Origin: an uncultured Clostridia bacterium
GTDB taxonomy: Bacteria; Bacillota; Clostridia; TANB77; CAG-508
NCBI GenBank assembly: GCA_944386325.1
Contig: CALXAP010000010.1
Location: forward strand, 11,473-43,472
DNA: 32,000 nt
Reading direction: 5' to 3'
A program made the position numbers and the translations under genes. The notes under the pieces were generated by a model. The model worked only from the letters and a program-made list of their open reading frames with translations. It did no database searches and had not been told where the DNA came from. Below, piece by piece: positions 1 to 8,211 of the stretch (position 1 is its first letter; every line of letters begins with the position of its first letter).

Positions 1-2673
1 TATAGCTATTGTTTTATCCAAATTAATTGTTCCTGTTGGTTGCTCATTCTCTACTACTATTTCTTTTATAAAATCTCCATCTTTATCTGTATCATAGTCT
101 TTGATATTTTTTATTTCAAATGTAATAGGACTTTCTAATTGTAAAAATCCATCTGGAACTTTTAATTCTGTTATTTCATAACTACCTACTGGTAATTTTA
201 AAGGTGTTGTAACCTCTGCCATATTATCATTATTAGAATGATAAGAATTATCTGGAACTACAATATTATCAGCATTTGTTGTGAAAGATGTATAAGTTGT
301 ATTTCCAACTTTTTGAGATATTGTTTCTCCTTTTTTAAATAGTATTTTATTTGTAGCTCTGTCATATATATCTTTTGTTGCTTTTATTTCAAAAGTTGTA
401 GAGTTTAATGTAACTAATTTTCCTGTATTTTGGTCTTTCTTTATTAGTTTAATATAAGTTTCTAACTGTTCGTTATTAACTACTATATGTTTTGTTTTCT
501 TTGCTATTTCTTCAACTTCAGACTCATCTTCTGTAATAGAAAATGTAAAATCAACAGATGTTTCATAATCTGCAGGAGTCTTTGTTTCTTTTACAATGTA
601 TTTACCATAAGGTAGATTGTTTTGAGTATATGCATCTCCATTTTCATCTGTTATTATTGTTTCTATTGTTGGTGCAATAACTTGTGCTTCTGCTACTCTT
701 TTGCTATCTACTTCTACTTGATTTCCACTTTCATCAATTCCATTCCATACTTCTGCATAAGTATAACCTTGTTCATATGCTTTTTCTACTGCTGAATTTA
801 GTTTTATTGTAAATTCTGCACCTGCTAATCCTGGTGTTACTCCTGAATTTTCTTTTATTCCAGATTTAAAGATATGAAGTCCCATTTCTTTAACTTTTTC
901 ATAACTTGTTGTTGTATTAGAAATTATTTCTTCATATTGATCTTTATATGTTAAATTAACTTCATATTCTTTGGTATCTAACATATATCCTCTTGGTGCT
1001 ACTTCTTCTTTCACTAGATATTTTCCTAATGGTAGATTAGTTATATCTTCTGTTGTACCTTTATTATCCATAGTTCTAGTCGCTACTAAATCACCACTAG
1101 AATAGAATTTTTTAGTCTTTGCTTTATTATATATGTCTTCTTTTGCATATACTTTATATACTGCTCCTTCAAATACTGCATCTCCTTGAGTTATTGAACC
1201 TGTTTTTATATCTTTTTTAATTATTGATATAGTTCCTGTTGGCTCTCTATCTGTTCTTTCTGCTGAAGCATAAACTACTGATGTATTTTGGTCTTTATAT
1301 TTTAACTCAAAAGAATAGATAGTATCATCTATTAAATATCCTTCAGGAGCTTTAGTTTCTTGATAATTGTATTTTCCTAGTTTTAAACCCTCAACTTTTA
1401 TTTCTCCATTTTCATTTGTTGTAAATGTTTTATCATAATTTGAATTCCATATTCTATATTCTGCTCCTTCTAAGTTTGCTGATTTATCTTCGTTTTTCTT
1501 AACTAATGTAAATGTTCCAGTAGGTTCTATATTTACAACTGCTTGAGTTGCAGTCTGATTTACTTTTACTTCTACATTATAAGTTTTTGTGTCTAATAAA
1601 TAACCATAAGGTGCAGATATTTCTTTTATTGTATAAGTACCTTTTTTTAGTTTTTCTAATGTTATTTTTCCGTTTGTTACTGTTACATCTTTATTATATC
1701 CATTTGGTCCTGATACATTAAATACTGCTCCTGAAATTAAATCTCCTTCTTCATTTAATTTTGAAAGTTCTAATTTACCAAAACTCTCTATTTTTAAACT
1801 TATTCCTAAAGTTACAGGATCATTATATGACATAGAATATAATTGATTTTGAACTCCTTCTGCAAATTCAAAAAATACCATTGTGTCTTTATCTTCTGTT
1901 CCATCTTTAATCATTCCCCATGACTTAAATTCTGCATCTGTTATAGTATAATTTTCTAAAGAAGTATTTTCATCAACTAATATAGTCATTGAATTACTTC
2001 CTTTGGAATGTGTTACTCTAATTCCATTTGTCGTTTTATCAATACTTGGATAATTTGCTAATACTCCATTTGTATCATTTATTGTTTTGCTTTCTCCAGC
2101 TTGAACATTAATTGTTGTTCCATCAAAACTTGGTCTTGTCGCCATATTAGATATCTTATTTTCTATGTCTTGTTTGAAATTTTCATATTCTCTTTGATAT
2201 GATGAATCTATAAATGTGGAATTAGTTTGTCCTAATACTTCCCAAATATATTGCTGTGTGTACACATAGTCTTTCCTTACATAAATCATATCTCCTGCTA
2301 AAATTCCACCATCAACAACATAATCTCCATATTTCGAATACCATCCAAAATAAGCAACTTTACATGCTTTTCGTATAGTAGCATCAGTTGGAGTATAATA
2401 GTTACCATTATATATAGTTCCTGTATCAAAATCCACTTTATGTTCAGCACAAAATACTGTATATCTTTCTCCCGTATCATAGTTTATTAATCTTCTAATT
2501 AATATTCCTGTTTCTCCCTGTTTATGATCTGTAGTCAGCATACCAGAAGCATATTGACCACCAACAAAGTTATTGTTTCCAGATACTGCAAATATTGGTT
2601 GAGCAACACTTAATAGTGTTATAACTAATAAAATTACAGATAAAATCTTTTTATACTTTATTATTTTTATCAT
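1..2673 (-). CDS. Large secreted surface adhesin, N-terminal 891 codons (3' end runs off the window): signal peptide, thioester (TED/TQXA-type) domain, and at least 5 SpaA/Cna-B-like repeat domains
   Basis: The supplied ORF track omits it because there is no stop inside the window. My minus-strand translation from ATG 2673-2671 stays open in frame to position 1. GGAGGA lies at 2682-2687, 8 nt upstream. The protein starts MIKIIKYKKILSVILLVITLLSVAQPIFAVSG (signal peptide). It then has ERYTVFCAEHKVDF (Cys75 at 2449-2451) and YVYTQQYIWEVLG (Gln140 at 2254-2256), the Cys/TQ motif pair of thioester adhesin domains. Repeats follow, e.g. EGAEYRIW..TTNENGEIKVEGLKLGKYNYQETKAPEGYLID and AGAEFTI..ITDENGDAYTQNNLPYGKYIVKETKTPADYE, typical of SpaA/Cna-B prealbumin-fold stalk domains. 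Confidence 0.8.
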   Translation of the reverse strand, partial: MIKIIKYKKILSVILLVITLLSVAQPIFAVSGNNNFVGGQYASGMLTTDHKQGETGILIRRLINYDTGERYTVFCAEHKVDFDTGTIYNGNYYTPTDATIRKACKVAYFGWYSKYGDYVVDGGILAGDMIYVRKDYVYTQQYIWEVLGQTNSTFIDSSYQREYENFKQDIENKISNMATRPSFDGTTINVQAGESKTINDTNGVLANYPSIDKTTNGIRVTHSKGSNSMTILVDENTSLENYTITDAEFKSWGMIKDGTEDKDTMVFFEFAEGVQNQLYSMSYNDPVTLGISLKIESFGKLELSKLNEEGDLISGAVFNVSGPNGYNKDVTVTNGKITLEKLKKGTYTIKEISAPYGYLLDTKTYNVEVKVNQTATQAVVNIEPTGTFTLVKKNEDKSANLEGAEYRIWNSNYDKTFTTNENGEIKVEGLKLGKYNYQETKAPEGYLIDDTIYSFELKYKDQNTSVVYASAERTDREPTGTISIIKKDIKTGSITQGDAVFEGAVYKVYAKEDIYNKAKTKKFYSSGDLVATRTMDNKGTTEDITNLPLGKYLVKEEVAPRGYMLDTKEYEVNLTYKDQYEEIISNTTTSYEKVKEMGLHIFKSGIKENSGVTPGLAGAEFTIKLNSAVEKAYEQGYTYAEVWNGIDESGNQVEVDSKRVAEAQVIAPTIETIITDENGDAYTQNNLPYGKYIVKETKTPADYETSVDFTFSITEDESEVEEIAKKTKHIVVNNEQLETYIKLIKKDQNTGKLVTLNSTTFEIKATKDIYDRATNKILFKKGETISQKVGNTTYTSFTTNADNIVVPDNSYHSNNDNMAEVTTPLKLPVGSYEITELKVPDGFLQLESPITFEIKNIKDYDTDKDGDFIKEIVVENEQPTGTINLDKTIAI

Positions 2674-2696
2674 ATAAAATTTCCTCCTTTTCACAT

Positions 2697-2727
2697 AAAA
2701 AAAGAACAAGCTCTAATACTTGCTCTT
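2697..2727 (-). terminator. Rho-independent terminator-like hairpin after the 229-aa gene, 10-24 nt upstream of the adhesin RBS and start
   Basis: The minus strand reads AAGAGCAAG-uauuagag-CUUGUUCUU: a 9 bp stem with one G-U pair and an 8 nt loop, followed by a run of 5 T. Confidence 0.45.
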
Positions 2728-2742
2728 TTAGATTAATTTTTA

Positions 2743-3432
2743 TTATCTTTTATAATAATTTAAAGTCCATTTACCACAATAAGGACAACTCCATGTTTCA
2801 TAACCATATGGACATAATTTATAATATTCCTCTGAAGTTATTTCTCCATTATGTACTTGATCACTATAAAGTTTTATCAAATCATCATAATATTCAATAG
2901 CTTCATTATAGCTATTAAACCATTTATTTGAATTACCTACACTTATACCATGCTTTGTATCTGTACATTTAGGCTTTTCAATTACAACATTTTGATTTGT
3001 ATTTTCCTGTTTTGGTTGTTCATTTATTTCTTCTTTTGGCTTTTCAGTTTGTGATGTATTATCTTTTTCAATAGTTTGTGGTGTTTTTTCTAATTCTACT
3101 TTTTTTGGACTTTCAATTATTTTTTCTTTTGTGCTTTTAACATTCTCATTAGTGTCTTTCTGTTCTTTAACTTCTTTTTTGCTTTCTTTAGATATTTCTT
3201 TTGTTTCTTCAGTATTTTCTATATTTTTTTCTTCTTGCACTATGCTTGTGTTTTTATTAACATCATTTTCTTCAGTTTTATTTTCTTTTGTTGTGTTTAT
3301 TTCATTTACAATCTCACTTTTAATTTTACTATTATTTTCACTTGAGGTAATTTTCTTTACCCCTAAAGCAATTATAATTAAAACAACTATAAGAGCTATT
3401 ATTATAATAATTATTAATTTTTTACCTTTCAT
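2743..3432 (-). CDS. Membrane-anchored hypothetical protein: N-terminal TM, long K/E/N-rich low-complexity linker, C-terminal Cys-containing globular domain
   Basis: This is a 229-aa ORF with AAGGAG upstream of the ATG. It has a TM helix (LIIIIIIALIVVLIIIALG), about 130 aa of K/E-rich linker, and the C-terminal stretch KCTDTKHGISVGNSNKWFNSYNEAIEYYDDLIKLY..LCPYGYETWSCPYCGKW. I recognise no family. Confidence 0.6.
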   Translation of the reverse strand: MKGKKLIIIIIIALIVVLIIIALGVKKITSSENNSKIKSEIVNEINTTKENKTEENDVNKNTSIVQEEKNIENTEETKEISKESKKEVKEQKDTNENVKSTKEKIIESPKKVELEKTPQTIEKDNTSQTEKPKEEINEQPKQENTNQNVVIEKPKCTDTKHGISVGNSNKWFNSYNEAIEYYDDLIKLYSDQVHNGEITSEEYYKLCPYGYETWSCPYCGKWTLNYYKR

Positions 3433-3460
3433 AATAAACAGTTCATCTCCTTTTATTTTA

Positions 3461-3488
3461 ATTATATTACCTTAAACTTTAAAATCAA
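3461..3488 (-). promoter_or_regulatory. Sigma-A-type promoter for the 229-aa gene
   Basis: The minus strand reads TTGATT (3488-3483), a 16 nt spacer, then TATAAT (3466-3461). It lies about 30 nt upstream of ATG 3432. Confidence 0.4.
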
Positions 3489-3591
3489 GTGTATAAATAT
3501 ATATTACTCTTTTAGTTTGTAATATAGTATGTATATTTAAAAGGGATTGTAAGGGAAAACTTTGTAATGTGGTAGTACAAATGTCACACAT

Positions 3592-4530
3592 TTATCTTAT
3601 ATCTCTTTGTTGTTTTAATTTTTCTCTTTTGTTATGCTCTTGGACGCACAAAATTATAAAATCTTCTACATTTCCAGTTTCTTTAACTTTTGTTGGTATA
3701 TACTTCTCGATTTTTTCATTGTGAATTTTAATAAATTCCTTTTGATTTGGCTTTTCTTTATCTAGCAACTCCTCAATTTTTTCTTCAGTAATAGTTCCTT
3801 CTTGTTGCATTTTCTTTAATACTATTGCCTGACTCAAACTAGGAGATACTTCATCATATTCCAATTTATTTAATACTACATATTGATTATCTTCACTTAA
3901 ATAAGAAAGCTCAACTGCTGGTCTAAATGCTATTCTTTTTAAATCAACTTGTTCTAATAATTCTGGTATTAGATAAGTAAGTCTTATATATCTAAATACT
4001 TGAGCTCGTCCATCTCCATTTTCTTCTCCAATACTTTTAGCATTATCCAACTTTGTATCCAATGGAGACAAGGTTAAGTCATTTCTTATTCCTTGATGTT
4101 TCATTGCTTCTAGTTTCATTTTATAAGCAAATGCTTTTTCAGATGGCAAAATTTCTTCTCTTTGAATATTACTATCTACCATAAGTATCGTTGCTTCATC
4201 ATCTGTTAATTCTTTAACAATACTTTTTATTTCTTTTAATCCTGCTAATTCACATGCTTTTTTTCTTCTATGTCCTGAAATCATCTCATAAGTCCCATTT
4301 TCTTTTGGTCTTACAATGACAGGCATTATTACTCCATATTCTTTTATACTTTTTACCATATTTTCCATTTTTTCATCGCATTTTACTTGAAAAGGGTGAT
4401 TAGGGAAATCTGTTATTTTATCAATATCAATGTATTCTACTTTTTCAGCATTTTCATAATCTCTTTGAGCTTGACTTGTAAATAAATCATCTAACTTTGG
4501 AAGCTTCATTTCTTGTTTTTGTTCTTTCAT
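3592..4530 (-). CDS. parB: ParB/Spo0J-family partition protein (plasmid/ICE-like subtype)
   Basis: The ParB N-terminal domain motifs are present: ..YEMISGHRRKKACELAGL.., DDEATILMVDSNIQREEILPSEKAFAYKMKLEAMKHQG. The N-terminal KLPKLDDLFTSQAQRD is typical of mobile-element ParBs. It overlaps the parA stop. The true start may be the second Met at 4509. Confidence 0.88.
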   Translation of the reverse strand: MKEQKQEMKLPKLDDLFTSQAQRDYENAEKVEYIDIDKITDFPNHPFQVKCDEKMENMVKSIKEYGVIMPVIVRPKENGTYEMISGHRRKKACELAGLKEIKSIVKELTDDEATILMVDSNIQREEILPSEKAFAYKMKLEAMKHQGIRNDLTLSPLDTKLDNAKSIGEENGDGRAQVFRYIRLTYLIPELLEQVDLKRIAFRPAVELSYLSEDNQYVVLNKLEYDEVSPSLSQAIVLKKMQQEGTITEEKIEELLDKEKPNQKEFIKIHNEKIEKYIPTKVKETGNVEDFIILCVQEHNKREKLKQQRDIR

Positions 4531-5305
4531 TCTCTAATACCTCCTTTGCTAAATTTTTATAAGCATCTGCCACTCGACTATTTTTGTCAAATTCAAATAT
4601 ACTTTTACCAGTAGAACTAGATTTTGCAGTATTAACAGCTTTTGGGATTTCTGTATCATATATTTTTACATATTGTCCATAATTCTTTTCTAAACTTTCT
4701 CTAACTTCTTGTGATAAATTGGTTCTTTTATCAACTAAAGTTAACAATACTCCCCCTATTTTTAAGTTGGGATTTATTTGTTTATGTACTTTTGAAACAG
4801 TTTTTAATAAATGTCCCATTCCTTTTGCTGCTAAATATTCTCCTTGCACAGGAATTATAACTTTATCACTACAAGCTAATGCATTTATTGTTATCATGCC
4901 TAAACTTGGCATACAGTCAATTAAAATATAATCATATTTATCTTGAATACTTTTAATAGAATTTTTTAAAGTAAATTCTCTGCTCATTGCATTTACTAAT
5001 GACATTTCTAAAGCTGATAAATCCAAATTTGATGGAATAAAATCTATTCCCTCTTTATGGTGAATTATTGCTTTTTCAACATCTATTTCTCTGTCCAGTA
5101 TTGTATCAGACATTAGAGTACCTATGGTATTCTGTAAATCATCTTGATTATAGCATCCCATACAAGTCGTTAAATCTCCTTGTGGATCTGCATCGATAAG
5201 TAATACCTTTTTTCCTTCTTTTCCAAGAGCTACACCTAAAGAAAAAGTGGTAGTTGTTTTACCAACTCCACCTTTCTGATTTGCTATAGCAATAATCTTA
5301 CTCAT
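4487..5305 (-). CDS. parA: ParA/Soj-family partition ATPase
   Basis: It has the deviant Walker A (IANQKGGVGKTTTT), plus LLIDADPQGDLT and YILIDCMPSLG. It sits directly upstream of parB and overlaps it. Confidence 0.9.
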   Translation of the reverse strand: MSKIIAIANQKGGVGKTTTTFSLGVALGKEGKKVLLIDADPQGDLTTCMGCYNQDDLQNTIGTLMSDTILDREIDVEKAIIHHKEGIDFIPSNLDLSALEMSLVNAMSREFTLKNSIKSIQDKYDYILIDCMPSLGMITINALACSDKVIIPVQGEYLAAKGMGHLLKTVSKVHKQINPNLKIGGVLLTLVDKRTNLSQEVRESLEKNYGQYVKIYDTEIPKAVNTAKSSSTGKSIFEFDKNSRVADAYKNLAKEVLENERTKTRNEASKVR

Positions 5306-5825
5306 CTATTTCCTCCTGACTCTGTGTTATATGAACATATTCATTTTCATCAAATCCACTTGAATAATCACTTTCTTCTTTTAAACATTGTATATAATCA
5401 AATACAGATTCATCTAAAGCAATTAATATTGTATCTATATCTATATTGTTAGAGTTATATGGCTTTAATTCTAGTAATAATCCATTTACTAAAACCATAT
5501 CTTCCATTTCTAATATAACATAATCTTCTAAGTCTATATCATCTTCGAATAAGAAACAATATGGTGGCTCATTTAAAATATTATAAACAACATTCATTAA
5601 TTCTGTAACAGCAACTAGATATTGTTCGTTTACAAAGTCCTCTAGCTTTTTATTTTTATACAAGCTAATCTTTTCTTTAACATCTCTAATATCTAATACT
5701 CTCTTGGTTGCATATAATAAAATCTTTTTTAATAAAAATTTTTCTTCAGTTTCATATATCATTTTTTGTACATGATATGCTTTTCTTAATTCTTCTTTTG
5801 ATATTTCTAAATTATTTTCTTTCAT
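5298..5825 (-). CDS. Hypothetical acidic protein, first gene of the parAB operon
   Basis: This is a 175-aa ORF with RBS GAGAGGGA upstream. It overlaps the parA start by 8 nt, which suggests translational coupling. The C-terminal half is acidic. I recognise no family. Confidence 0.55.
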   Translation of the reverse strand: MKENNLEISKEELRKAYHVQKMIYETEEKFLLKKILLYATKRVLDIRDVKEKISLYKNKKLEDFVNEQYLVAVTELMNVVYNILNEPPYCFLFEDDIDLEDYVILEMEDMVLVNGLLLELKPYNSNNIDIDTILIALDESVFDYIQCLKEESDYSSGFDENEYVHITQSQEEIDE

Positions 5826-5849
5826 TTTTCCCTCTCTTTCTTGGAAGAA

Positions 5850-5886
5850 TAAAAAAAGAAGTTAATTCATTTCAAAACTAACTTCT
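5850..5886 (-). terminator. Rho-independent terminator after the GNAT gene
   Basis: The minus strand has an 8 bp stem, AGAAGTTA (5886-5879) / TAACTTCT (5864-5857), with a 14 nt loop, followed by TTTTTTTATT. Confidence 0.5.
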
Positions 5887-5910
5887 AATTGTCAGATATT
5901 ATTTCAATAA

Positions 5911-6327
5911 CTACATTTTCTTACTTAAATCTTTTGAATAATAATAAATATCAATACATTTTGTATCTCCATCTATTATTTCTTCTTTATAATTATCTAT
6001 AAAGAAATTTTTAATGGTTTTTTCATATTTATCAAAACCTTGTTTTACATAGAATGGAATACAGTTCTCTGTTGTTCCAACTAACATCTTTTTATATTTT
6101 TGTTTATAATTATCTGCTAAATATTTTAGCATTTTCTTTCCTAATCCTTGTCCTCTATATTCTTTTTTAGTTACTATATTTTTTAATTCTACTGTACTTT
6201 CATCTATTTTTAAAACAACCGCAATACACGCAATTTCCTCTTTATAGGTTAATACAAATAATTCTCCATCTTTCAAATAATTATTTATCATATCTTTGCT
6301 TGGATCTGCTTCAAGTAATAAATCCAT
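5911..6327 (-). CDS. GNAT-family N-acetyltransferase (YvbK-like); the N-terminal beta1/alpha1 segment appears to lie upstream of the annotated ATG
   Basis: The ORF has LLLEADPSKDMINNYLKDGELF.., the acetyl-CoA motif KEYRGQGLGKKML, and VGTTENCIPFYVKQGF. The same frame stays open upstream to 6462 with no ATG, GTG or TTG (see finding). Confidence 0.78.
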   Translation of the reverse strand: MDLLLEADPSKDMINNYLKDGELFVLTYKEEIACIAVVLKIDESTVELKNIVTKKEYRGQGLGKKMLKYLADNYKQKYKKMLVGTTENCIPFYVKQGFDKYEKTIKNFFIDNYKEEIIDGDTKCIDIYYYSKDLSKKM

Positions 6328-6415
6328 ATACTTATCTTTATTTTCTTTTTCCTTTTTTATATTTATACTTTTCTTAACAGGAAGAAATTCAAATCCGTCT
6401 GGTAATTTTGGTTTA

Positions 6416-6964
6416 TTATTTGTGTGGGCTAAAATTATTTGCTCCTCTGAGAAAATGCAACCGGCAATACTTTTGCATATAAAGACCTAATTGTCTAGCT
6501 TTTTCTTGTCCTTCTCTAAACCCTACTCTAAAGTCTCTATATAAAAATTCTAATTCATATTTTTTAGCAATTTTCTCTCCTAATCTTTTTATCATATCAT
6601 GTTTCTGATATGGACTAACTAAAAGTGTAGTTGTAAAATGAGTATATTTATTTTCTTTTGCATATTTTGCTGTCTGTTCTAAACGAACTGGATAACAATA
6701 ATCTTGGCATCTAGTGTCTAATTTATTTACTACATTTTTGCAAAATTCATCTAGTCCGTAATCTTCTTCAAATATTGCTTTCACATTGATACTCTTTGTA
6801 TATTCTTTTAAGCAATCTCTTCTTGCTTTATATTCCATATATGGATGTATATTTGGATTAAACCAATATATAACCGGCTCAATATTTTCACTTCTTAATT
6901 CATCTATACAATATACACTACATGGTGCACAACATGTATGCATAAGTAATTTCACAATTATCAC
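6416..6964 (-). CDS. queH: Epoxyqueuosine reductase QueH (DUF208) with an apparent frameshift in the last ~15 codons
   Basis: The N-terminus reads LLMHTCCAPCSVYCIDEL, the QueH CCxPC signature. The annotated C-terminus is LYMQKYCRLHFLRGANNFSPHK. Skipping one C at 6463/6464 gives LYMQKYCGCIFSEEQ, the conserved QueH C-terminal CGC motif. Confidence 0.8.
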   Translation of the reverse strand: MIIVKLLMHTCCAPCSVYCIDELRSENIEPVIYWFNPNIHPYMEYKARRDCLKEYTKSINVKAIFEEDYGLDEFCKNVVNKLDTRCQDYCYPVRLEQTAKYAKENKYTHFTTTLLVSPYQKHDMIKRLGEKIAKKYELEFLYRDFRVGFREGQEKARQLGLYMQKYCRLHFLRGANNFSPHK

Positions 6965-6972
6965 TCCATTTC

Positions 6973-7977
6973 CTATTGTCCTTCATATTCCACTCCTAAA
7001 TGTTTATATGCAAGAGGTGTTGCAACTCTTCCTCTTGGTGTTCTTGCAATAAACCCTATTTGCATTAAATATGGCTCATACACATCTTCTATAGTTTCAA
7101 CCTCTTCTCCTATTGTAGCAGCTAATGTTTCTATCCCTACTGGTTTTCCTAAATACTTAAATATTATGGTTTCTAGAATTTTTCTATCTATATTGTCTAA
7201 ACCTAATTCATCAATTTCTAATTTTAAAAGAGCTACTTTTGCAATATCTAGATTTATATTTCCATCTCCTAGTACTAATGCATAGTCACCTACTCTTTTT
7301 AAAAGTCTATTTGCAATTCTAGGAGTTCCTCTTGATCTTTTTGCAATTTCTCTTGCTCCTTCTTTATCTATTTTTATTTCCATTATTCCCGCTGATCTTT
7401 TTACTATTATTTCAAGATCATCTACATTATACAATTCTAATCTACATACAATACCAAACCTATCTCTAAGTGGTGTAGATAATGATCCTGCTCTTGTTGT
7501 TGCTCCAATCAATGTGAACTTTGGTAAATCTAAACGTATAGATCTTGCACTTGGTCCTTTTCCTATTATTATATCTAAACTATAATCTTCTAGTGCAGGA
7601 TATAATATCTCTTCTATACTTCTATTTATCCTATGTATCTCATCTATAAATAAAACATCATTTTCAGATAAATTTGTTAGCAATGCTGCTAAATCTCCTG
7701 GTTTTTCTATAGCCGGACCTGATGTTATTCTTATATTAGAATTCATTTCTGTTGCTATTATATTAGAAAGTGTTGTTTTTCCTAGCCCAGGTGGACCATA
7801 TAATAAAACATGATCTAGTGGCTTTCCTCTTTTTTTTGCCGCTTCTATATACACTTTCATACTCTCTTTTACTTTATCTTGTCCTATATATTCAGATAAA
7901 GTTTTAGGTCTCAAAGAAGTTTCTGAAACAGCTTCTTCATCATCTATAATATTTGGAATTACAATATTTTCATCCAC
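6973..7977 (-). CDS. ruvB: Holliday junction branch-migration helicase RuvB
   Basis: The protein has [17 protein letters not shown], Walker A ([12 protein letters not shown]), Walker B (VLFIDEIHR), and [18 protein letters not shown]. The start codon is GTG at 7977-7975, with AGGATGG 7 nt upstream. Confidence 0.95.
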   Translation of the reverse strand: MDENIVIPNIIDDEEAVSETSLRPKTLSEYIGQDKVKESMKVYIEAAKKRGKPLDHVLLYGPPGLGKTTLSNIIATEMNSNIRITSGPAIEKPGDLAALLTNLSENDVLFIDEIHRINRSIEEILYPALEDYSLDIIIGKGPSARSIRLDLPKFTLIGATTRAGSLSTPLRDRFGIVCRLELYNVDDLEIIVKRSAGIMEIKIDKEGAREIAKRSRGTPRIANRLLKRVGDYALVLGDGNINLDIAKVALLKLEIDELGLDNIDRKILETIIFKYLGKPVGIETLAATIGEEVETIEDVYEPYLMQIGFIARTPRGRVATPLAYKHLGVEYEGQ

Positions 7978-8011
7978 TTTACTACCATCCTTTTTTTAAT
8001 TTTATCGCAAG

Positions 8012-8039
8012 AAGTTTTGTAAGTACATTTACAAAACTT
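8012..8039. promoter_or_regulatory. Perfect 11-bp-arm palindrome between the ATPase gene and ruvB (candidate operator or hairpin)
   Basis: The arms are AAGTTTTGTAA (8012-8022) and TTACAAAACTT (8029-8039), with loop GTACAT. No T-run follows on the minus strand, so it is not a canonical terminator for the upstream gene. Confidence 0.3.
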
Positions 8040-8211
8040 AAATTTTTTTAACACTTTTGTAAATTTATAATATTTTAATTTTATAAATAAATTATATGTT
8101 TACATTTTATAATATTTTTTAATCTCTTTTCTAAAATGAAATTTAGTCTGAATTTTATTAATTTTATTATCTAATCAATATAATGTTTTTTCTATTATTA
8201 AATATATTTAA

